Shown: piece after piece, positions 57,894-64,000 of the stretch | Layout of the letters: each line of letters starts with the position of its first letter | Numbering within the stretch: position 1 is the first letter of the stretch | From: a virus | Virus record (IMG/VR): IMGVR_UViG_3300045988_045464 | Location: 1-64,000 of that record | Length of the DNA stretch: 64,000 nucleotides | Reading direction: 5' to 3' (one strand) | Position numbers and translations under genes: made by a program | The notes under the pieces: model-generated | What the model was told of the DNA's origin: nothing | Seen by the model: the letters and a program-made list of their open reading frames with translations, nothing else | Databases searched by the model: none

Positions 57894-60072
57894 TGAGTAC
57901 TTAATGGAGCATATTGATAAGGCAGTGTCAGAATTAGTATTTCCTAAGTACAAATTACAGAAAGCATATAATTATTATAATGGATATAGAGATGCCGAAC
58001 AATATAGGTATCTAGAAGAGAATTTTGGAATAGGTAATCCTACTTCTATAGAATTTACTCCTCTTATCAGGAAGCATGTTGATGCTTTACTTGGAGAATA
58101 CCTAGGTACTCCATTACTGCCTAAAGTGTCATGCAAGGATAAAGAAACTATATCTAAGATATCTAGAGATAAGGAATTACAAATTAATAAAGAAGTATAT
58201 CAATACTTACAACAACATCTTAACAATCAGATACTAGCGTTCTTAGGAGGACAAGAAGTAACTGATAAGGCTGTAGAGGCTCAACTTAATAAGTTAGTAG
58301 AAGATATTAATAATAGCTTTGTTAGCGAGTATGAAATAGCTGCACAGAATGTTGTTGAGTATATAATCCAATCTAGAGATATTAACTTACTTACTAAGTT
58401 AAAGAACCTGTTACTTGACTTACTAGTAACTGGCATGAGCTTTTACCAGGTTCATCCTAGTAGGAAGAGAACTAATATAGAAATAGAGGTATTAGACCCA
58501 CGTAATGTATTCGTTGATAGAAATCCAGAATCTGTATATGTTAGAGATAGCTACAGAGTAGTTATTAGACGTTGGTTAACTAAGCAACAAATACTTAATA
58601 AATATGGTCCTCAACTAGATACAAGTAGTATCAATGAATTAGAGGAGATGTTTGAGGGATATTACGATAGTAGTTATATATATGTACGCGCTATGAGCAA
58701 TCAAGCTACTGGAGCTCCTATTACAGACGGACTCGAGGCGGGTAAAGAAGTAATACCTGGATTCCCTACCGACTACTATGAGACTTACAATTATAAGTTA
58801 ATACCTGTGTTTGAAGTTGAGTGGATTGATGTTGATAAAGAAGGAGAAGATTATGTAGAGAATAGATATGAAGGAGTTAAAATCGGAGAATCTATTTACA
58901 TTCTTACTGGTAAGTCTCCTGATGTAGTTAGAACTAAAGATAATCCTACACACTGTGGATTGTCAGTTAATGGTTTGTTCTTTGTAAACAGAAGTAACGA
59001 ACCATATTCACTTGTGCTTGCATGTTCACATCTTCAAGACAAGTATGATTTGATTACTTTCTTTAGGGACAATGTAATTGCTAATAGTGGTACTAGTGGA
59101 GACTGGATTGACTTTAGTATGCTACCTATGGCTCTTGGTGATGATTTGACTGAAAGATTGCAGAAATTCATTGCCTATAAGAAGACTGGTGTGGCTCCTA
59201 TTGATACTTCACAAGAAGGTAGGGCATTTAACAACAATACTTCTTTTGCTGGATTCGATGACTTATTAAAAGCTGATACTATTCAGGCATTTAATATGGC
59301 GTTGCAGATGTTAGAAGAGCAGACATCATCTATTACTGGAGTGTTTAGAGAGAGATTAAATGGAATAGAAACCAGGGATGCTGTTAGTAATGTTAAGGCA
59401 GGTATGAGAAACTCTTATATCATTACTAAATCTTACTATCAACAAATGGATACTTTGGCAGAGGATATTCTGATTGATTCTCTTAATTGTGCTAAGAAGG
59501 TATGGAAACATAAACCACTTACTGGAACTTTAGTGCTAGGTGACAAACTACAGAAAGTATTTACTGCTCTCCCTGAACATTTTACTTTTACTGACTATGA
59601 TATTCATGTAATAGCTAGTAGTAGAATTATGGAGGAAATGCAGAACATGCAACAGTTAATGATTGAGTTCATTAAGAGTGGTCAATTAGACCCAGACATA
59701 GCTATGGAGTGTATGACTGCCAGAAGTATGACTGAACTTAAGTCTAAATTGTCTAAGGCATTTCAAAAGAGAAGAGAAGAAACTCAGAACACTGCACAGA
59801 TGCAACAACAGAACGAAGAGCTACAGAAGCAACTTCAAAAGGCGGAACAAGAGAAAGAGCAGCTTAATAATAAGATTGCATCTCTTAATGAAGCTAAGAT
59901 TGCTATTGATAGGCAGAAGGTTGAATATGACTATGAGATTGGCCTTATTAAGGCTAACGCTGATAGAGATTATAAGCAGAGTACTTCTGACAATGACACC
60001 AAAAGAACAGATATTGAGATAGCCCAATTGTACGATGGGAATCAGCAGAATAACGAAGTGAAGAACGTATAA
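57871..60072 (+). CDS. putative portal protein
   Basis: 733-aa ORF immediately downstream of the terminase, with a C-terminal coiled coil (QQQNEELQKQLQKAEQEKEQL). The call rests on position and size. Confidence 0.5.
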   Translation: MSAQNRSDEYLMEHIDKAVSELVFPKYKLQKAYNYYNGYRDAEQYRYLEENFGIGNPTSIEFTPLIRKHVDALLGEYLGTPLLPKVSCKDKETISKISRDKELQINKEVYQYLQQHLNNQILAFLGGQEVTDKAVEAQLNKLVEDINNSFVSEYEIAAQNVVEYIIQSRDINLLTKLKNLLLDLLVTGMSFYQVHPSRKRTNIEIEVLDPRNVFVDRNPESVYVRDSYRVVIRRWLTKQQILNKYGPQLDTSSINELEEMFEGYYDSSYIYVRAMSNQATGAPITDGLEAGKEVIPGFPTDYYETYNYKLIPVFEVEWIDVDKEGEDYVENRYEGVKIGESIYILTGKSPDVVRTKDNPTHCGLSVNGLFFVNRSNEPYSLVLACSHLQDKYDLITFFRDNVIANSGTSGDWIDFSMLPMALGDDLTERLQKFIAYKKTGVAPIDTSQEGRAFNNNTSFAGFDDLLKADTIQAFNMALQMLEEQTSSITGVFRERLNGIETRDAVSNVKAGMRNSYIITKSYYQQMDTLAEDILIDSLNCAKKVWKHKPLTGTLVLGDKLQKVFTALPEHFTFTDYDIHVIASSRIMEEMQNMQQLMIEFIKSGQLDPDIAMECMTARSMTELKSKLSKAFQKRREETQNTAQMQQQNEELQKQLQKAEQEKEQLNNKIASLNEAKIAIDRQKVEYDYEIGLIKANADRDYKQSTSDNDTKRTDIEIAQLYDGNQQNNEVKNV

Positions 60073-60830
60073 TGGAATTAAAAATTAAAGTTTGCACTAA
60101 CGATAGCTGTAAGGTAATCATACTTGACGATACTGGTACAGGAGAGAATGGCTATTTGCCTGAATCTTCTTCAGTCATCGTCAAGAACAGATTCAAGTAC
60201 TCTGACACTGTATCTATTGATGTCTTACAACATAATAAGGCAGATGGGCCTGAAATACAACTTCCTGTTTACACTTTACATGATGACGGTAATAAGTCAG
60301 TAACTATGCCAGTAGGGTTTGATGGGTGGTTTAATGTATATCATATAGTTCTGCCGACTAAAGATTGGTTTGATAGAGAGATGGGTAAAACGGCTGGTTC
60401 AGCTGTAACTATGTATGCCACTGTGTACTATTCGGACGGCATCTACATCTATAAGTATTTTAATGGCACATCTACGACCGTAACTGTAGATGAGATAGTA
60501 GAGAGGAACGTAGAAGATACTACAATTTCTAGGACATATAATAATTACGTGTCTATTTGTTTTCTTAAGAAATGTTATATATCTTTGTGCCAGCAAATAT
60601 TTAATAGCAGAGGTTTCAGTAAATGTTGGAGTAAGAATGCTGTAGCGGCCGAATTATCCTACAAGAGAGATTTAGTCTGGATGGCTATTAATGTAATCAA
60701 ATATATGGTTCAATCTAATCAGTTAGCTGAAGCTGAACGAATCATAGAACAAATAGGAGGTTGTAATGGCTTGTGTAAATCAGAATACAGCAAATGGCCA
60801 GAGCAAGGCTGTGGATGCTCTCAAAGATAA
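60072..60830 (+). CDS. hypothetical structural protein
   Basis: 252-aa ORF with a Cys-rich C-terminus. Confidence 0.5.
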   Translation: MELKIKVCTNDSCKVIILDDTGTGENGYLPESSSVIVKNRFKYSDTVSIDVLQHNKADGPEIQLPVYTLHDDGNKSVTMPVGFDGWFNVYHIVLPTKDWFDREMGKTAGSAVTMYATVYYSDGIYIYKYFNGTSTTVTVDEIVERNVEDTTISRTYNNYVSICFLKKCYISLCQQIFNSRGFSKCWSKNAVAAELSYKRDLVWMAINVIKYMVQSNQLAEAERIIEQIGGCNGLCKSEYSKWPEQGCGCSQR

Positions 60831-61008
60831 GGTGATTTGTGAATACAAAGAACTGCTTAAGTATTTAGAACGGGGGCATAGATATGACTACCAACTAATT
60901 CTCGAAGAGATAAGTCTCATCGAATTGCTAGAAGAGAATGAAGTTAATAGGTCTGAATTTGTAGAACAATTTTATCTTAATAATAAATGGCAGATAACTC
61001 TATTTTAA
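60766..61008 (+). CDS. hypothetical protein (overlaps upstream gene)
   Basis: 80-aa ORF. Confidence 0.3.
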   Translation: MACVNQNTANGQSKAVDALKDKVICEYKELLKYLERGHRYDYQLILEEISLIELLEENEVNRSEFVEQFYLNNKWQITLF

Positions 61009-62585
61009 CACCAGGTGGTTCTGGAAATGAATGTATCAATCCTGTTAACGAACAAATTGATACTTCACAATTTCTGAAAGTAGATTACCGCTTAGGGGAG
61101 TTTGAGAGTGAGTCAGATAAACAAATTGCTAGAATTAATCTTGGAGCTGCTGGCATTAATGATGTCTATGATAAGACTTCAGCAGATTTAAAGACATTAG
61201 AGGCAGTTAAGACCTCAATGGATACTCACCTAGCTACTGAAGACCCACATAATATAATTCCTCTTGTAGAGGAAATACTTAAAGTATATGTAACTACTGA
61301 CCAGATTTATAGGAAAGTAGAGCTATATACTAGAGAACAAGTTGATGACTTAATCAAGAATTTCGTTAGACGTGACGGAACTACTGCATTTTTAAAACCA
61401 CAGTTAGGAGTTACTCCAGTAGCTGATGGGCATCTATCTACTAAGAAATATGTAGATGATGTAATGTTTAAACATTTAGTTGATGCAGACCCTCACGGAT
61501 TTGTAACGTTACTTAATCAGAGACTAAACAACTATTTCAGGAAGACTGAAACTTACTCTAGAGCAGAGACTTATTCAAGAGCTCAAATTGATGCCATTAT
61601 TAATCAATTGGTAATTGATGCGGCTAGAGGGGCTATTGAGGAACATATCAATCAATATGACCCTCATGGAACTCTTAAAGAAATCTATAGTAAGCATTAT
61701 GTACCTCGTGATGGTTCAGTTCCATTTACTGCCCCACAGAAGGGAGTAGATGCTGTAGAAGATGACGAATTAATAACTAAAAGACAACTGGATGCTTCTA
61801 TTGTAGAAGAGCCTGTTTGGATTACTAGTGGACCAGTTCAAACTACAGTAGGCTTCGTTGAAGATGAAACTGACCCAGGAGAGAAATTGAATCTTCAAGA
61901 GGTTATGGATGCAATCTTCTACGGTAAATCTGTAGATGTTAAAGCTCCTGCGTATGCTTTACTAGGTTCTATAGTAGACGTTGAACTATTCGTTAGAGGT
62001 TCTACTGGAGTGATATCTTATGCTGAATTATGGCAGAACGATGAGCTTATTGGAACATATACTAAAGATGATTTCGAATTAGGACAGTTGACTGTAAAGA
62101 GTTTACCTATTAACGAAGAAACTACTTTTACGTTTAAAGTATTCTATCCTAATGGTACGTATCTGGAAGCTAGTTGTACTACTAAAGTAGCATATGATAT
62201 ATTTGTAGGAATCTTACCTAAATGGTATGCAGCCTCTAATGTTAATTATGATTACTTACTTCAGCTAGTTCAATCAGACTCAGAGAACAATAGCATTGAC
62301 AGTTCTGGTGACTTAGTATCAGAAATCAAACACAAATATAATTTCTCAAGTCCTAAAGAGCTTAAGCAAATATTTGTAGCAATGCCTAAGGAATATCCAG
62401 ACTTAGTTCAAATGACAACGCCTTCTCAACAGTTTGGTCTTGAATCGTTTGACATTATTAGCGATATCCCATTTGAAATTCCTGGATTGTCAAATAGTAA
62501 AATATATAAGATATATGTGTTCAAGGAGTCTCTAGTAACTCTCAACTTGGAGGTAACATTTAAGTTTGACCCAGCTAACATTTAA
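60987..62585 (+). CDS. fibre/decoration-like structural protein with repeated DPH(G/N) motifs
   Basis: EDPHNI, ADPHGF and YDPHGT are spaced ~60 aa apart, together with a duplicated ETYSRAETYSRAQ. Confidence 0.5.
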   Translation: MADNSILTPGGSGNECINPVNEQIDTSQFLKVDYRLGEFESESDKQIARINLGAAGINDVYDKTSADLKTLEAVKTSMDTHLATEDPHNIIPLVEEILKVYVTTDQIYRKVELYTREQVDDLIKNFVRRDGTTAFLKPQLGVTPVADGHLSTKKYVDDVMFKHLVDADPHGFVTLLNQRLNNYFRKTETYSRAETYSRAQIDAIINQLVIDAARGAIEEHINQYDPHGTLKEIYSKHYVPRDGSVPFTAPQKGVDAVEDDELITKRQLDASIVEEPVWITSGPVQTTVGFVEDETDPGEKLNLQEVMDAIFYGKSVDVKAPAYALLGSIVDVELFVRGSTGVISYAELWQNDELIGTYTKDDFELGQLTVKSLPINEETTFTFKVFYPNGTYLEASCTTKVAYDIFVGILPKWYAASNVNYDYLLQLVQSDSENNSIDSSGDLVSEIKHKYNFSSPKELKQIFVAMPKEYPDLVQMTTPSQQFGLESFDIISDIPFEIPGLSNSKIYKIYVFKESLVTLNLEVTFKFDPANI

Positions 62586-62590
62586 TAAGT

Positions 62591-63982
62591 ATGAGAGCAT
62601 ATAGTGAAATTATAGCAAGTTTTAGAAGAGGTGGTCCATTCCCTATAGAAGCTGACTATATCTTCGAAACTGAAGCGAAACTGAAAGAATTTTATTCATC
62701 TCCTGAAGAGAATGCTATTTTACACAAGGGATTGTTAAAGGTAGTTGAAAATGATGGAGATGGTAATCAAGCACTATATTGGGTCACTAGAAAGGAGACT
62801 AACGATGAGTTAGAGTTTACTAAACTTATTACTTCTAAGAGTGATGAAACTATAGCTGACTTGATAACTAGATTAGAGCAGGAAATTAAAGATAGAAAGA
62901 CAGCAGACGATGCTATCTGGGGAAGTGTTGACCATACTAGTGTACCAGAGGACTTAAACAGTCTGAAGGACATTGCAGAGGAAATTACTAAAATTAGAGA
63001 GCATCTAGGTAATCTAGACAGCACTGATGAGGAATTACAGAGTAATATTGATAAGGTACAAGCCGAACTCGATAAGACACAAGAAGGAGTAGGTTTGGGA
63101 GAAGACGGAGCTTATGTTCCTGATACTGAAACTACTTACCTTAAAGACTCTACATCTGTAATGGATTCTCTGCGCAAGCTAGACGAATTAGTGAATCATG
63201 CTATTCACTTTAACTGGGTTACACTAGAAGATACTCCAAGCATTGAATTAGATATTGATAGACAGATTACTGGAACTACAATATCTGGTAATGTTAAGGT
63301 ATCTACTGATAGTGGTAACGGAATTACCATAAAGAATGACGGTCTATTCTATAAACTAACTACTGAATATTTAGACGGACTCTTAACTATTAAGGTTAAC
63401 GATAATGTTATAGGACAACATCAAATTGGTTTGTCAGCTATCGTAGAGGACGCTAAGTATGACCCAGATACGGAAGAGCTAGTTATAGTATTTAAACTTC
63501 TAACTGGTGATAAGCAAGTAGTTAGGATTCCAGTTGGAACTCTTATTAGAGAATGGGAAGTTGATAACTCTATTCCTGATAAGGTAGTAGAATTGGAGAA
63601 AGTGTTATCATTAGGAACTGGCGCTGATAAGCTTTCTGCTGACGTTAGGTTGCATATAGCTAAAGATAACATCTTAGTAAAGGAAGGAAATGCTCTGTAT
63701 GTTAAAGGTACTTCCGATAACATCACACATGATTCTAAAGCCTTAGATGTTGTTATTAGTGAATTACAAAGTGATATTGATAGCCACCTTAAAGATTTCA
63801 ACAATCCACATAGAGTCACTCCAGCACAGATTGGAGCCATTTCTTTGCCCGAAGTTGAAATTCTACTAAAGTCTAAAGCAGATTTAGTAAGTGGAAAGGT
63901 TCCTAAAGAACAACTTCCAGATGATATAGGTGGTGAAGTAACTTGGATTGACGTAGAAGGTGATGAAGAAACAGTATCCTAA
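62591..63982 (+). CDS. fibre-like structural protein
   Basis: 463-aa ORF with a coiled-coil region; the NNPHRVTPAQIGA motif is related to the upstream protein. Confidence 0.5.
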   Translation: MRAYSEIIASFRRGGPFPIEADYIFETEAKLKEFYSSPEENAILHKGLLKVVENDGDGNQALYWVTRKETNDELEFTKLITSKSDETIADLITRLEQEIKDRKTADDAIWGSVDHTSVPEDLNSLKDIAEEITKIREHLGNLDSTDEELQSNIDKVQAELDKTQEGVGLGEDGAYVPDTETTYLKDSTSVMDSLRKLDELVNHAIHFNWVTLEDTPSIELDIDRQITGTTISGNVKVSTDSGNGITIKNDGLFYKLTTEYLDGLLTIKVNDNVIGQHQIGLSAIVEDAKYDPDTEELVIVFKLLTGDKQVVRIPVGTLIREWEVDNSIPDKVVELEKVLSLGTGADKLSADVRLHIAKDNILVKEGNALYVKGTSDNITHDSKALDVVISELQSDIDSHLKDFNNPHRVTPAQIGAISLPEVEILLKSKADLVSGKVPKEQLPDDIGGEVTWIDVEGDEETVS

Positions 63983-64000
63983 TAGACCCGCCAATATGAG

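Overview
This window is an AT-rich, densely packed stretch of a large virulent-type phage genome. I see no integrase and no CRISPR array; the only rRNA-like signal I noticed was a single T-loop-like motif near 26866, rejected below. Positions 1-35.9 kb are transcribed leftward and carry many small early/middle genes interleaved with at least 26 minus-strand tRNA genes, found by hand from T-arm, acceptor and anticodon-stem pairing. Recognisable genes in this arm are RNase H, an S24-like peptidase, a classical AAA ATPase, a short PurA/PurZ-like adenylosuccinate-synthetase homologue next to a vWA protein, an NfeD–flotillin (SPFH) pair, a PTH2-like peptidyl-tRNA hydrolase, a small PD-(D/E)XK nuclease and a ParB-like nuclease-domain protein. 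At 35.9-36.5 kb a divergent control region carries four copies of GAGTTGGCAATATA and GC-rich islands, followed by a rightward block of small genes (36.5-40.6 kb). From 40.8 to 50.0 kb a leftward structural block holds paralogous fibre-like genes, a 1034-aa tail protein with a glucosaminidase domain plus an HExxH motif, and a small HExxH protein. From 50.2 kb to the end a rightward packaging/structural block holds a Cas4/RecB-like nuclease, a terminase large subunit that appears split by a ~1 kb intron encoding a double-motif LAGLIDADG endonuclease, a portal protein and fibre-like proteins. Several paralogous structural genes begin with MSKI(A/V)TE...GGG and carry a long homopolymeric G tract at the Gly-Gly-Gly position. 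Two tracts are in frame and two are out of frame, the signature of slipped-strand phase variation. All calls rest on motif-level reading of the supplied ORF track and hand-folding of tRNAs, and the coordinates are approximate to within a few nucleotides.
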